Part shown: positions 1 through 13,439 of the stretch, piece after piece
Position numbering within the stretch: the first letter of the stretch is position 1
Layout: each line of letters opens with the position of its first letter
Assembly (NCBI GenBank): GCA_035221665.1
Contig: CM069160.1
Coordinates: forward strand, 15,376,001 to 15,440,000
Direction of reading: 5' to 3'
Length of the DNA: 64,000 bases
Origin: Okamejei kenojei
Lineage: Eukaryota
Made by a program: the position numbers and the translations under genes
Notes under the pieces: generated by a model
Databases searched by the model: none
The model's input: the letters and a program-made list of their open reading frames with translations, nothing else
Told to the model about the DNA's origin: nothing

Positions 1-1113
1 TGACGTCATTGTGGATGACGCTCGACCGCTACGCCACCCCCTAAATGATCCTCCCCCCCCTAGCCGGGGGACACAGNNNNNNNNNNNNNNNNNNNNNNNN
101 NNNNNNNNNNNNNNNNNNNNNNNNNNNNNNNNNNNNNNNNNNNNNNNNNNNNNNNNNNNNNNNNNNNNNNNNNNNNNNNNNNNNNNNNNNNNNNNNNNNN
201 NNNNNNNNNNNNNNNNNNNNNNNNNNNNNNNNNNNNNNNNNNNNNNNNNNNNNNNNNNNNNNNNNNNNNNNNNNNNNNNNNNNNNNNNNNNNNNNNNNNN
301 NNNNNNNNNNNNNNNNNNNNNNNNNNNNNNNNNNNNNNNNNNNNNNNGGGGTGTGGTGAGGGGGTGTGTGTGTGTGAGGGGGTGTGTGTGTGTGANNNNN
401 NNNNNNNNNNNNNNNNNNNNNNNNNNNNNNNNNNNNNNNNNNNNNNNNNNNNNNNNNNNNNNNNNNNNNNNNNNNNNNNNNNNNNNNNNNNNNNNNNNNN
501 NNNNNNNNNNNNNNNNNNNNNNNNNNNNNNNNNNNNNNNNNNNNNNNNNNNNNNNNNNNNNNNNNNNNNNNNNNNNNNNNNNNNNNNNNNNNNNNNNNNN
601 NNNNNNNNNNNNNNAGATTTACAGCGCGGAAACAGGCCCTTCGGCCCACCGGGTCCGCGCCGACCAGCGATCCCCCCACACTAACACCACCCTACACCCA
701 CTTGGGACAATTTTCACATTTACCAAGCCAATTAACCTACAGATCTGTACGGCTTTGGAGTGCGGGAGGAACCGAAGATTGTTCTCTGGTGGGAAAAAGA
801 AGAAAACACTCGCAGAGCACAGGGGAGAAGTACAAACTCCGTACAGACTGCATCCGTAATCGGGATCGAACCCGGGTTTTTTGTTGTCCGGGCGCTATGA
901 GGCAGCAACTCTACCGCTGCCCCACCGTGATCAGCCGTGATTGAATGGCAGAGTAGACTAGATGGGCCGAATGGCCTAATTCTGCTCTATCACTTATAGG
1001 GACTTGCCGCACCTACCTCCTCTTGGCAGCTTGTTCCACTCACCCACCATTCTATGTGTGAATAAAGTTGCCTTCAGGTTCCTGTTATTCGTTTACCTCT
1101 CAACGTCAACCTA

Positions 1114-1245
1114 AGGGTGGCACGGTGGCGCAGCGGTAGAGTTGCTGCCTCACAGCGCCGGAGATCCTGGTTCAATCCTGACCACTGGAGCTGTCTGTGC
1201 GGAGTTTGTACGTTTCTCCCCGTGACCCACGTGGGTTTTCTCTGG
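1114..1245 (+). mobile_element. tRNA-derived SINE head (HE1-like), truncated; representative of many copies in the window
   Basis: ggtggcacggtggcgcagcggtagagttgctgcctcacagcgcc...ggttcaatcctgacc contains A and B boxes, followed by the core gagtttgtacgtttctccccgtgacc; related copies at about 7912-8220, 16710-17145, 34580-34900(-), 41360-41665(-). Confidence 0.8.
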
Positions 1246-1590
1246 TTGGTCCGAATGAATTCCATGGCGCTCCCATTACAAGATGAATGCGTAACTCCCA
1301 TAGCTGTTGGAACCTGATGAGCAGGCATTCAGGGTCTTGAATAGATTCAGCTGGAACAATCTGGACATCAGCAGCATTGAACTGGGCCGGTTGATCATGA
1401 AATCTTCTGGCACATCGAGCAGCCTCTGTGCCTTGCCAGGTGAAGGAGAATAGAGGCACGAACATCCGGAGCGACTACAGCGTGCAACGCATGCACATAC
1501 ACAGTGAAATCTTCATCAAAGATGTCCCATCGCTTGGCGATGTCGCCATCAAACACCAAAGGCTCTGGTTTGTGAACTGCTGACGCCATG
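1246..1590 (-). mobile_element. Ty3/Gypsy-type gag N-terminal fragment
   Basis: MASAVHKPEPLVFDGDIAKRWDIFDEDFTVYV...RASILLHLA resembles the gag N-terminus of vertebrate Gypsy elements; frameshifted; near-identical copy at 20.3-20.55 kb. Confidence 0.65.
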
Positions 1591-1739
1591 GTAAACGCAC
1601 AAACTGGACACAAAAACAAACTAAAATAAAGGTAAAACGACTTGCAGTTGTATTGGGCTCTGGTGAGACCACATCTGGAGTATTTTGCACAGTTTTGGTC
1701 TCCTAATTGATTTTAGGTTTGCACCCAAAAGTAACTCCA

Positions 1740-4700
1740 ATAAAGAAGGGGTACGTACATATATATATATATATTATATAAAATTACCTCAGTGTAAGGA
1801 TTTGATGGTATAAACCATACAAAACATCATTTTATATACACTTTCACAGTGTAAGAACAATTTATTAAAATGGAAACATCTTCAACATTGAAATACAGTT
1901 GTTATTAACAAAGTGTTAATCAAATATTACAGGTGCTTGAAATTTATTAAAATGGGTCAAGCGGTGCAAGTTAAAACATTGTCTAAAGGATTAAAACCAG
2001 TTCAAGGCTGTTAAACAGAATACTGGAAGAACAATTGTACTGATAAAAGATCAACACTTGCATTAATGAGGACATGGTCATGGTTTATCTTGATCACATT
2101 TAAATTGGAAGGTTATAAAGAGTCAGCTGCAAATTAGTGCTGCAATTACAAGCCTGTTGAAAGGCAAGGACCTGACCCATCACATAAAGCCTATGTTTTA
2201 GGCATGCATAAATGTTCATAAATTACTATTCTTGATTTAGGAGAAATTCAGCACCATAAGAGATGGAAAATTGTTCCATGATACAAATATGTCTCATTGC
2301 TTTGTTGACAGACTTTGTCCCTCCATTAGAAAAGGAGCCTAGGTAAAGAGTAAATAAAGCTCCAAAAGAAGGAATACAAGAGCTTATAAGAATATGTATG
2401 CCTTTGTGAGAGGCTTATGCAAATACCAAATGATACATTATCATTATTAAAGTAATGGATAAAAAAGAAAAAAAAAAGGGGGGGTTCACAAGCTGCTTCA
2501 ACTATAAGCTTAGCAGCTGTTGCAAGCTGAAGCAAGTATTAACAGATGATGGACAGCTTCTGTGAATATTTGGGTAAGATAAGAATATTATCTATTCTTA
2601 TAAAAATAATTGATACGTCTCTTGTTGGGACTATGGACAATAATACCAGGTAATTGCAAATGGATTGTCCTAAGAAATTTCTCCAAACATTTGTATTAAT
2701 TATTAAAGTATAAGGAGTTATGGATTAAATATTGATTGTTCTATTATGGAAGTGTCCATGTCATATCAAGGTGAACAATACCACGGCTGTGGCATATATT
2801 AAATCACATAAGATAAGTAAAATATAATCATGGGGTTATCTGAGTAAACAGATGTGGCATATTCTAAAATGTTTTTAGTCCAGCTGTTTATCTCTAAGAA
2901 AGAGACAATGTTATCGGAGACAACAAATTAAGGGGGGAAAATACATTGTCATTAATATGGATTACTTCGATTAATCTGGTCGTATACAGATTAAATCACC
3001 GATCTTTCAAATGTTCTCGTGGGTAAACCAAGAACAGGAAAGGTGGATGCTTTTCTCTTCAATTACATGAGGAAAAATGTTCTTTTATGTTCCTCATTTT
3101 TGTCTGATAGGGCAGTGTCTGATGAAAATGTAGCAGGACCACTGCCGGAGGCATTTTGGTGGCCCAAAAGGATCCTTCATGGTTTTCATAATATATTGAG
3201 TGATGTTGAACCACTTGTGATGATTCATAGTTGCAGTAATTTATTGTTGTACAAAGGCATCCATGACATGAAAATATGAATTGACTATCTGCAGGTTGAC
3301 CAGACCATTACAACAGTTTGATGGTCAAAGAAGTCTATGAATGTTTAACTAATATAACAACATAACAATAAAATAATTATGTATAAAGAAGTTTTATACC
3401 TGCAATTTGCAGAAATAAGTTTAAAAAACAATATTTTTATAAGAAATTGGAAGTCTGTATACAGTAAAGTTATTTGTCATATTAGATATATGTGAGTTCC
3501 TTGTGCATTGCATTTTTCTGAGTATCTAATTGATAGAGCCAATAATAGGGCTCAGAGTGTTTATCGTCCTATTTACGGACAATATACTAACCAAGAAATT
3601 ATCAGGTTCATTCGTAATATCCCGATATGAAAAGGGATATATATGTAGATATAAATATATATATATGTATATATATAATCTGTCCAAAATTGCAATACAT
3701 AAGTCTGGAGATCAATATAGTCCTGAATTGCTTTAGGCAATGGACTCCAATTCTATCAATGATTCAAAAAAAGTTAACATTGAAAGTAATAATGCTGATT
3801 ACTTTACTATCAATATAAGAGTGCAAACATTGCAAATATTATGTTATAATTGTATATGGATACAGATTACATTATCATATATGTTATGAATTTACCAAAC
3901 AAAGCAGACCAAGAAGAGCTGAAACCAAGGTAAACCTATAAGCATATCCTGTCGGCCTTAAATTGTGTGTGTGTGTGAACATTGATGAAATATGTTGAAG
4001 TAAGTAAGAGTCTCTGTGGTGATGAGACAGCACTACTTATCACAATAAAAAAAAACACATTAGGTTTCAGTAAAAACTGATGGTTCTAGAGAAATGTATT
4101 CTAGATGGTTAAAAATTGAATAACACTCAGTGGAACTAGACACTGAAATGTGGAAAAATCACTCTGTTAAGGAGGTAGATACAATTCACAGGAATGGCAC
4201 AGGATGAGCCGCGCGAGCAAAGATGCAAGGCCAAAGGAGGGTGTAAAATAAATATTAAATTAAATGGAACCAATCATGGTGTCAGGATTGGACACGGAGT
4301 GTTGGGTTCTCTATAATTGTTGCTTTGTTCATACCATCAAATTATATATATCAATTGATATTTTGTGATAAACTTGCCTTTCAAACGGAAAGGGCATTAC
4401 TTTTATTCTTTTATAATGTGAAATAATTTATCACATAACTTGAGGCAATGTTTGGGGGAAAAAATGGGTTATTTTGCTCATTACTGTGTTGAATGAGCCA
4501 GAGTGTCCTATGGAATGAGTCTAACGACATAAAAAACACAGAAAGCTTCAAAATCTTCACGTAGTCACTCACGTGACTCCGAAGTAAAATAGTAAGATTA
4601 AACCAGAACTTACCAGTTCGAAGTTTGATCTTATTTTATGAGGAGTAACGATGAGGGATTACGTGCCCTCCACTCCCGACCCTCATAAAATAAATGATCA

Positions 4701-4883
4701 TCTGGTAGTTCTAAATCTATGTTGAGCCTTACTATCTTACTCCGGCTATTATGTTCTGTGTTTTTCATGCCGCTGCTTTGAAGTATGCCGTTCCAGCGCC
4801 AGGCGGGGCTTCTTCACGTAATCCCTCATCGTTACTCCTCATAAAATAACGAACTGGTAAATTCTCGTTTAATCTTACTATTT
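1740..4883 (+). mobile_element. Degenerate DIRS-like (tyrosine recombinase) retrotransposon
   Basis: Remnant peptides HIKVNNTTAVAYI (RNase H DNxTA motif, ~2760), GKPRTGKVDAF, LTLKVIMLITLLS and DTEMWKNHS (YR-like); 3' inverted arms at 4587-4665 and 4815-4883; many stops; 5' boundary approximate. Confidence 0.7.
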
Positions 4884-5754
4884 ACCGTTACTGCTCTGTC
4901 GCCTTCTATGCCTTGGGGGTTTATACAAACATGTCTAATCACTTGTTCAACGCTGTGGGGATTTTTACTTCTGCAGTCGCATCAGTCAGTGTGTGTGTGT
5001 GAGTGTGTGTCAGAGATTGCAACTATCGGTCGTCCCACCCACCGTCAATAATTCTTCCCTAATCGCCCAGACTTATTGATTAAACATTTGCCCTGCTTGT
5101 TTTTGCCGAGGAACACGTTGTCACTCGATGCAGTGATAAAAGCTGTGTCAGTGTCNNNNNNNNNNNNNNNNNNNNNNNNNNNNNNNNNNNNNNNNNNNNN
5201 NNNNNNNNNNNNNNNNNNNNNNNNNNNNNNNNNNNNNNNNNNNNNNNNNNNNNNNNNNNNNNNNNNNNNNNNNNNNNNNNNNNNNNNNNNNNNNNNNNNN
5301 NNNNNNNNNNNNNNNNNNNNNNNNNNNNNNNNNNNNNNNNNNNNNNNNNNNNNNNNNNNNNNNNNNNNNNNNNNNNNNNNNNNNNNNNNNNNNNNNNNNN
5401 NNNNNNNNNNNNNNGTTAGTGGCTGGACTACGTGTTCTACTGCGAATTCGAGTGAGTGGTTCAGTAGACTGTGTGAACGACTGTATGTATTTCTGACATT
5501 GCGAATGTGTCTATTAATAACATCGCATCCGTGTCAGAGACGGCTGTGAATATGTCTGTGCTGTCAGAATATCCGACAATCATTTGTGGTTTTTAGAATT
5601 TCCCCACTGTGTCTGAATCCATGTGGACATTAGCTAATGTACTTCAATGTGTGTGTGTGTGGGGGGGGGGGGGGGGTTTTGTGTGGACGCCCTTCTTCAG
5701 ATTTGCAGATTCGGAAGCGTCCCGACCACAGAGGTCGCCTATCCTCCTTCCTCC

Positions 5755-7130
5755 AGAGATGCTGCCTGACCCGCTGAGTTACTCCAGCTCCCTGTGAAAC
5801 ATCACCAATCCATTTTCTCCACAGATGCTGCCTGACCCGCTGAGTTACTCCAGCACTCTGTGAAACGTCACCTATCCAGAGAGAGAGTGGGGAACATAAA
5901 GTCCCTCGGAGTGCAAATCACAGTCAGTCTCACCTGTTCCAGGAACAACACTGGGATTGTGAAACGGGCCCATCAGCGACTGCACTACCTGAGGAATCTC
6001 AAACAGGCCTCACTCCCCGCCAACATCCTCAGGATTTTTTACAGGGGCAAGGTGGAGTCTGTGCTCACGTCCTGCATCAACATGCGGTACTCCAACTGCA
6101 ACTGCTCAGACAGGAAGGCTCCGCAGAGGGTAGTGAGGGGAGCAGAGAGGATCATTGGCGTCTCCCTGCCCTCGGTACAAGAACTGTTCCACAGCCGCTG
6201 CCTGAAAAAAGCACCGAGCATCGCAAAGGACAGACTGCACCCCCCCCCCCCCCCCCACACTCAAACCTGGATCTCCTGCCATCAGGCAAGAGATTCCGCA
6301 GCATCAAAGCCCGGACAACCAGGCATTAACAGCTTCCTTCCACCAGCGCTGTGATGGCTGCTATAAACAGTCATCCACCTGATGCTGTGCTTTTTTGCAC
6401 TGACAATTTATAAGAAAACTCTGGCAATGGCCACTTAAATCAAGCTGCCCTCCCTGGGCACATTTATCAATGTTTTTACTTGTTTGCTGGTTTTTTACCT
6501 GCACTTTAACTGTTGTATTGTTTTATCAGGGGACTGGGTTGTTTTTATTATTTTTATTTATGTGAAATGTTTAAGCTTTATGTGCGATGCTCTGGTATTC
6601 CCTGGGAAAAGTCTTCTCATTTCGCACTGGACAACTGTTGCTTTGCAAGATGACAATAAAGGTTGATTGATTCTCCACAGATGCTGCCTGACCCGTTGAG
6701 TTACTCCAGCACTCTGTGAAACGTCACCTATCCATGTTCTCCACAGATGCTGCCTGACCCACCCGCTGAGTTACTCCAGCACTCTGTGAAACGTCACCTA
6801 TCCATGTTCTCCACAGATGCTGCCTGACCCGCTGAGTTACTCTACAGCCACTTGTGAAAACGTCACCTTATTCCATGTTCCCCACAGATGCTGCCTGGCC
6901 CGCTGGGGAGTTACTCCAAGCACTCTGTGAAACGTCACCTATCCATGTTCTCCACAGATGCTGCCTGACCCGCTGAGTTACTCCAGCACTCTGTGAAACG
7001 TCACCTATCCATGTTCTCCACAGATGCTGCCTGACCCGCTGAGTTACTCCAGCACTCTGTGAAACGTCACCTATCCATGTTCTCCACAGATGCTGCCTGA
7101 CCCACCCGCTGAGTTACTCCAGCACTCTGT
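5755..7130 (+). repeat. 66-bp tandem array derived from a Penelope-like terminal repeat, interrupted by a Rex1 insertion
   Basis: Unit ttctccacagatgctgcctgacccgctgagttactccagcactctgtgaaacgtcacctatccatg; about 2 units at 5755-5878 and about 7 at 6671-7130. Confidence 0.85.
5879..6670 (+). mobile_element. Rex1/Babar-type non-LTR retrotransposon, 3' fragment
   Basis: VKRAHQRLHYLRNLKQASLPANILRIFYRGKVESVLTSCI...DRKAPQRVVRGAERIIG is the C-terminal region after RT; ends in aataaaggttgattgatt. Confidence 0.8.
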
Positions 7131-7360
7131 GTCTATCTTTTGTATAAACCAGCATCTGCAATTCTTTATGTGAAGGAAGGAACTGCAGATGCTGACTTAC
7201 ACTGAAGAGCCGCCGAGTTACTCCAGCACCCTGTGTTCCAACCGTGGCCCTGTTTCGCGCTATATATCGCTCTAATAATACTCTCGCTTAAAGATCAGAA
7301 ATAGCCACTTCTGACTTCGGCTGCTCGCTAGCGCGCTCGGCCTGATCTGTTCACGCTGAC

Positions 7361-7435
7361 ATGGAAATAGAGCCAGTGCTAGTCCTTCAAACCGCGACCC
7401 AAGCGCACGAAGTCTACTTATTGTTGTACTGGACG
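7361..7435 (+). CDS. Candidate leader (first coding) exon of the NKp30-like receptor
   Basis: Unique CpG-containing island between repeats; ATG at 7361; 3' end hydrophobic in two frames (YLLLYWT / SLLIVVLD); weak donor gtcaga at 7436. Confidence 0.3.
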
Positions 7436-8289
7436 GTCAGAGAGAGCGAGAGAGGGGAGAGGGAGAGAGAGAGTGATGAAGAGAGAGGAGAGGAGAAGCG
7501 AGGGAGAGAGCGCTTCTTCCTAGTTCAGTTGAGAGATACAGCGTGGAAACAGGTCCTCGTGTTATCCCGCTTTCTCGACCACTATCTTCTCACTCGGGGG
7601 CAATTTTACAGCAGGGACAATTAACCTACAAGCCCGCTCGTGTTGTGTGATGTGAGATTGGATGGAGAGAGTGAGAGGGGAGGCTGGAGAGAGGTAGCAA
7701 AGCCAGTTGGCATCTACAAGGGAGACGGATTTGAGCCGCGACCAGGAGATACAAGGTACATCCAGCAAGACTTGATCGCTGCAGGGGAGAAAGACTCACA
7801 ACGCTAACAAAGGTAGAATAGGACTTTAGAATTACATCTGTACTGTATTCATTGTGTGGCTGTATCTCGGAGACACTAAAGACTGCAGACGCCGGGGAAT
7901 CTTTATGCGAGACACGGTGGCGCAGCGGTAGAGTTGCCGCCTCACGCCGGCGCACAGACCCGGGTTCAATACTGAACCACGGGCGCTGTCTGTACGGAGT
8001 TTGCTCGTTCTCCCAGTGACCCGCATGGGTTTACTCCGGGTGCCCCGGTTTCCCCCCCACACACTCATAAGACGTAGAGATTTGTAGGTTAATTGGCTTT
8101 GGTAAAAATTGTAAATCGACCTTAGAGTGCTGGTGTGCGGGGTGATCGTGTGGGTAGGATAGTGTTGGTGTGCGAGGTCCTGTTTCCGCGCTGTGTCTCT
8201 CAAACTAAAAACAAACTAAATACTCTAGAATGCACCCCAATATTCACGGTTACAATACATAAAACTATAATAATAAAATATCATTATAT

Positions 8290-10382
8290 GCAGATGATGT
8301 ATATATTCCAAAATCACAACTTAGCATACCAAATCTATTAAACTTAATAGAAGAATTTGGTTCCTTTTCAGGATATAGAATAAATTGGAATAAAAGCGAA
8401 ATAATGACGATAAAACACATCTTTTAAAATACCCTTTTAGAATTACTACAGAAAGATTTAAATACTTGAGTATTCAAATTACCAGAAAATATAAACCTCT
8501 ATTTAAGGCAAATTATCTGGAATACTTACTGAATTACAAACGTCGATCCAATTTTGGAAAACACTACCGATGTCCTTAATAGGCAGAATACATGCCATTA
8601 AAATGATTTTTCTTCCACAAATACTGTATTTATTCCAATAAATACCTACATATATACCTTAAAAACTTATTTTAAAAAATTGACTCATACATTACAGATT
8701 TCATGTGGGACTATAAATCCCATAGAATTCAAAGAAGACATTTATGAATATGGTGGGGACACACTTCCCAATTTTACGTACTACTATTGGGCAGTGAACA
8801 TTAAAAATATAATGTACTGGTTGGATAGTTCATCACAACAGGCAGAATGGACAATAATGGAGAAGGAGGATTGCACTCCTTTTAACATAGGAGCGATTCT
8901 TTTACGCTCAATAAAATTGAAAGAACACAATATATAAGAGAAACCCGATGATTCACAGGCACAATACGAATTTGGAGACAAATAAAATCCTCCCTTAAAT
9001 TAAGAAATCTTTCGCTTCTCTCATCGACAGCTAAACAACCCGGCATTTGAGCCATCGACTATTGACAACACGTTTCACTGCGCTCTGGGGAACGATTAGG
9101 AATTAAGACTTGGGAAGAGTTTTGTATGAAGAGGGAAAATGTTTACAATTCCAAGACTTACAGCTTAAATACATTTTGGAAAACAATCATAATTTTAGAT
9201 ACTTACAACCGAGATTATGTGAAAAAACACTCACCAGATGATCAAAATTTGAAGTTGGATCTTCTAGAGCAATGCAGAATAGACAAGTAGAATTGGATCA
9301 TTTAACATCATATTTTTATAATACTATTCTAAATATAGTTATCTTCGACAGAAGGTATAAGAAAAGATTGGGATCAGTACTCTATAGAATTCCAAGGACA
9401 GATGGGAAGACTATATGTCATCTGTATATAAATGTTCGATTAACGTTAGACATACACTGATCCAATTTAAAATTGTACACAGATTATATTACTCAAAAAC
9501 AAAACTAAATAAAATATTTCCAAAACGTCTCTCCCTTCTGTGATAAGTGCCTAACTAACGAGCAACATAGCACACTCATTTGTTCCATGTGCAAAACTTC
9601 AGAATTTTTGGAAGGAAATTTTTTATATTTTAAAAGCTTTTCAAATAATATTTAAATTAAGATGGACCCAAACACAGAATTAATTGTCTTCGGAGCTAGG
9701 GAAGCCTGCTCTGAACTAACCATATTTCAAAGATGTTTCCTAAACTATGGTTTAATAACGGCAAAAAATTCATATGCTTAAATTCTGGAAAAAACGCTCC
9801 TATCCCAACATTTAAAATGTGGATCACAAATATGTCGGAAATATTACATCTCGAGGAAATGAGACTCGTTCTAGCAGGAAAACAAGAACAATCCTTAAGA
9901 ATATGGTCACCTTTTATTGATTTGTTAGAAGTATAATATGGTGCAGCATAACCCTAGTAAGTTATTGTTTAAGAACTAGGTGATGGGTGTGAATGGTTAT
10001 GAGTTAGGCACTTTCCCTTTCTTTTTTCTTTAGCTCTACCTTCTTTGGATGTTTTACTTATTTCCTTTCCCTTCTTAAGGCCCTCTTCTCTTTGGGGCCT
10101 TGTTTTTTTTTTTCTTTTTTCTTTCTTTTCTTTCTGTTTTTCACATTCTCAAGCACGCAGTCTACTTGACCATCACCATTCATCTAACGCCAACCGCTGC
10201 GGACTACACTTCACCACTATTCTCATTCTTCTCTGCTTTCTCTTTTCTCTTTTTTCTATTATAGGTTAAAGTGTATAAAATTTTAAAAAAAGAGAAGTTG
10301 CACACGAAATGTATTACGTTCCATATCATGATTAATATGTATGTACAATGCTTCTAACAAAAAAAATAAATAAATAAAACAT
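8290..10382 (+). mobile_element. L1-clade LINE, 5'-truncated degenerate ORF2 with 3' UTR and A-rich tail
   Basis: LIEEFGSFSGYRINWNKSE, WKTLPMSLIGRIHAIKMIFLPQILYLFQ, LPNFTYYYWA, IQFKIVHRLYYSK; A-rich tail at about 10357-10380. Confidence 0.85.
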
Positions 10383-10734
10383 TTTAAACGATATACTCTT
10401 GGAAAGGGCCAGTCCGTCGACATGGGCCAACGCATCGACTGCCCGATCCATGACCGTGAATGGCCGCTTTGGACAGGCCGGTAGCGATTACAAACCCCAA
10501 GTTTAGTTCAGACATACAAATCGGAAACAGGCCCTTCAGCCCACCGAGGTCGCGCCGACCAGCGATTCCCCGCACACCCGCACTAACCTACACACACACA
10601 CACTGGGGGCAGTGTGCATTTCTCACAAGCCAATTAACCCACGAACCGATGGGTCTTTGGAGTGTGGGCGGAAACCGGAGATCCCGGAGATCCCGGAGAA
10701 AAAGCCACGCGGTCCCAAACCGCGGCCGTTCTTC

Positions 10735-10967
10735 AGGAAAAAGATAAGCGCGAGGTGACTCCAACAATAGTGGAATATCTTAATTCAATCAGTGAGAGCA
10801 CTTTGATTGTTTTTACAGATGGATCTAAAGATCCAGTTAGTGGGAGAGCTGGGTTTGGAGTGTATGCGGAGCAGCATGGGTTGAAGATTGGCCGACGCAT
10901 TTCTGATGGAAGCTCTGTTCTCACGACTGAATTAATGGCAATTCAATGGGCTCTATGTGTGGATTGA
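10735..10967 (+). mobile_element. RNase H fragment of an I/Nimb-type LINE
   Basis: LIVFTDGSKDPVSGRAGFGVY...ISDGSSVLTTELMAIQWAL has the RNase HI D and E motifs. Confidence 0.75.
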
Positions 10968-11779
10968 GGAATGGGGGGGGGGGGGGTGGGTGGGGGGGGG
11001 ATCGGGTAATAGGAGCTGCTCGCTGAATTTCCATTTTCCCTGTGTGGTTTATCCAGTGATGGTGGGGCCAGGCGCCATTGTGTGGATCCTGTCAGTGGCC
11101 GTGGGTGAGTAGGCTTTCTGTTTCTCAGTGGGGTCGCTCTTGGGTAGAGAGGGGCAGGAGGGGTAGTGGTGAGGGGTGGCGAAGGAGGCGTTGGGGTGCA
11201 ATTTTTTTTTTTTAGCGTTTTGCCAACTGTCCCGTACTAGCCGGGACATCCCGTATATTGGGCTAAATTGGTTTCGCCCCTTGTCCCGTATTTGACTGCA
11301 CACCTGGAGTATTGTGTGCAGTTTTGGTCCCCTAATTTGAGGGAGTGCAGCATAGGTTCACAAGGTTAATTCCCGTGATGGCGGGACTGTCATATGCTGA
11401 GAAAATGGAGCGGCTGGGCTTGTACACTCTGGAGTTTAGACGGATGAGAGGATATCTCATTGAAACATATATGATTGTCTATTGTTGGTCGGTGTGGGCA
11501 AGTTTGGGCTGGGAGGGTGGGGTGTGACTGTTTCCACACTGTGACTGCCACTCGTGGACTGTACACAAGAGGACAACAACGTGCTGAGTTAGCGCTCAGC
11601 GGGCCAGTCAGGCATCCCTGGAGAAACATGGACAGGCGAGGTCTCTGGTCGGGCCTGAAGGTCGTGACGCTGTGGCGGGAAACCGGTGAGAACAGAACAC
11701 AACGATAACAAACATAGGAAAAACGTCCGTAACCAGCGGGGGTCCCAAGTACCAAGTAAACTTTGCTTGCCGCCCGCAG

Positions 11780-12114
11780 GTGTTGTTCGCTGAGAAATAA
11801 TCGTAGGTCATTCAGGACACGTGCCACCATTGTGGCCACTGAAGGTGACTCGGTGATTACTCCGTGTCGTCACAACGCCACGGATCAAATATGGGCCTAC
11901 CGTTGGTTCAAGGGAGCCACAAACGGGATGTCTGTTTCCAATTATACCGGAGAATACAGAGGTCGTGTCAAAGTGCCGGATGCACCGTCTACAGACATGG
12001 ACGCTTCTATGCAATTGAATAAGGTGCGGATTAACGATTCCGGTCTGTACGTCTGTCAGGTGAAAACTATGATGAGCGAGGCATGTGGGACAGGGACGTA
12101 TCTCACGGTGAACG
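11780..12114 (+). CDS. Ig V-set exon 1 (germline-joined VJ type) of an NKp30/NCR3-like receptor
   Basis: EGDSVITPC-RHN...YRWFK...EYRGRV...ASMQLNKVRINDSGLYVCQV...CGTGTYLTVN; acceptor cccgcag ending 11779; phase-1 donor gtaagt at 12115; first ~40 nt appear frameshifted (VIQDT lies in another frame). Confidence 0.88.
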
Positions 12115-12809
12115 GTAAGTGACCACTCCGCTATCTCCAGGGCAGCGGGAGGGCGAATTAGACCCACAGCCCGCGACAGAGGTTACAAAATAAATGAATG
12201 AGTGAGTGAATGAGACACTATTATCAAATGCCCTTATTTATGGTCACTAGATTTCCACGCTGTATCCTTCAATCAATCAAATCGAGTGGGAGAGAGATGT
12301 GACTGATCCATAAAACTAATCGACTAAAAACAAGGTATTTCCTCAGGCAACCACAACCAAAGGCATGTCGCATCTACGGTGTAGGAAGGCATGAAATCCT
12401 GGAGGACGTGTCCACCCCCCTCCCACCCCCCCCCCCCAACACCCCCCCCACCCTTCCCCCCCATCCCCCTCCCCATGTTTTGAGAGGTGGGGGACAATCC
12501 CCCCCATGTTTTGTAATCTGGATTTTGAATTTCGGTGAAAAAAAAATTTAAATCTCCGCTTTCCACAAGACAGTGGGGGTGTCACTGTTAAGCACTTGTT
12601 AAATGTCTCTATTAACATCGTATTAACATAATGTGTCACCGTGTAAATTGTTCATTCTAGGCTTCCCCCCAGTCCGGTTTCAGTCAGAAACACTGAATCA
12701 GGCACTTGAACAACTAATCTTTATTTTAACAAAGCGCAATTTACAGTTCAACTGTACCCTCTAGGCCTCGCTCAAGCAGAGACTCTCCAGAGGGTCACAC
12801 AGTCCCAAG

Positions 12810-13439
12810 CAAAGATCCTGTAGTGAGCAAAATTGTCCACTCCTGTTAAATCCAATGGGCTGACAAGTAGTACGCAAAACGGAGCGGAACGTGGGTCATT
12901 TCTTCGGCCATTTCAGTAACTCGACCCGACTTTGTATGTCCCTCTCGCAGTGTAATCAGCATTGCGGGGGAACAGTTTGTGTGTGTGATATATGTTTTTA
13001 GATTCATAATTCATAATTTTGTCAATTCATAATTGTTATATTTTGTTAATGATTAATATGTTAATACATTATAATTCTGTTAAAAATACATTGCAAACCT
13101 CCCCGCAACTTTAGCCTGGCATCCCAGCCATGCTGATCCCGGCCAGACTTCCCAGACGCTGTGGAAAGAACATACGCACTTTTTTGCTTTTTATTGTGAG
13201 GCAGAGAGGCAGAAAGAAAATGAGGAGAAGATTTTTACTAAAGATCTTATATTTTTACGAGGATGTTTCCGGAACCAGCTTCCGTCTCCGCTCTAGTACC
13301 TTTGCTCCGCTATGGGATCTTTGGTGCGTAGATGGAAGCCGGTTACGGAAATGGGACCGAAGATTACCCATGACTCTGCCCATGACCGTACTACGTCTTT
13401 TTCGTCGAGTGGACTATCTTGCTCGCTATAGGATCTTTA
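12810..13439. mobile_element. Non-autonomous DNA transposon (MITE) with ~32-bp TIRs
   Basis: Left end aaagatcctgtagtgagcaaaattgtccactc matches the reverse complement of the right end gagtggactatcttgctcgctataggatcttt; flanks gtcccaag / gtcccaaa. Confidence 0.8.

Noticed and set aside
11-859. Long ORFs spanning N-runs (also at 5.1, 20.0 and 62.2 kb)
   Set aside because: Artefacts of assembly gaps
1114-1190. tRNA gene
   Set aside because: A/B boxes run directly into SINE body sequence repeated many times in the window
6671-7130. CRISPR-like regular repeats
   Set aside because: No unique spacers; plain tandem repeat in a eukaryotic context
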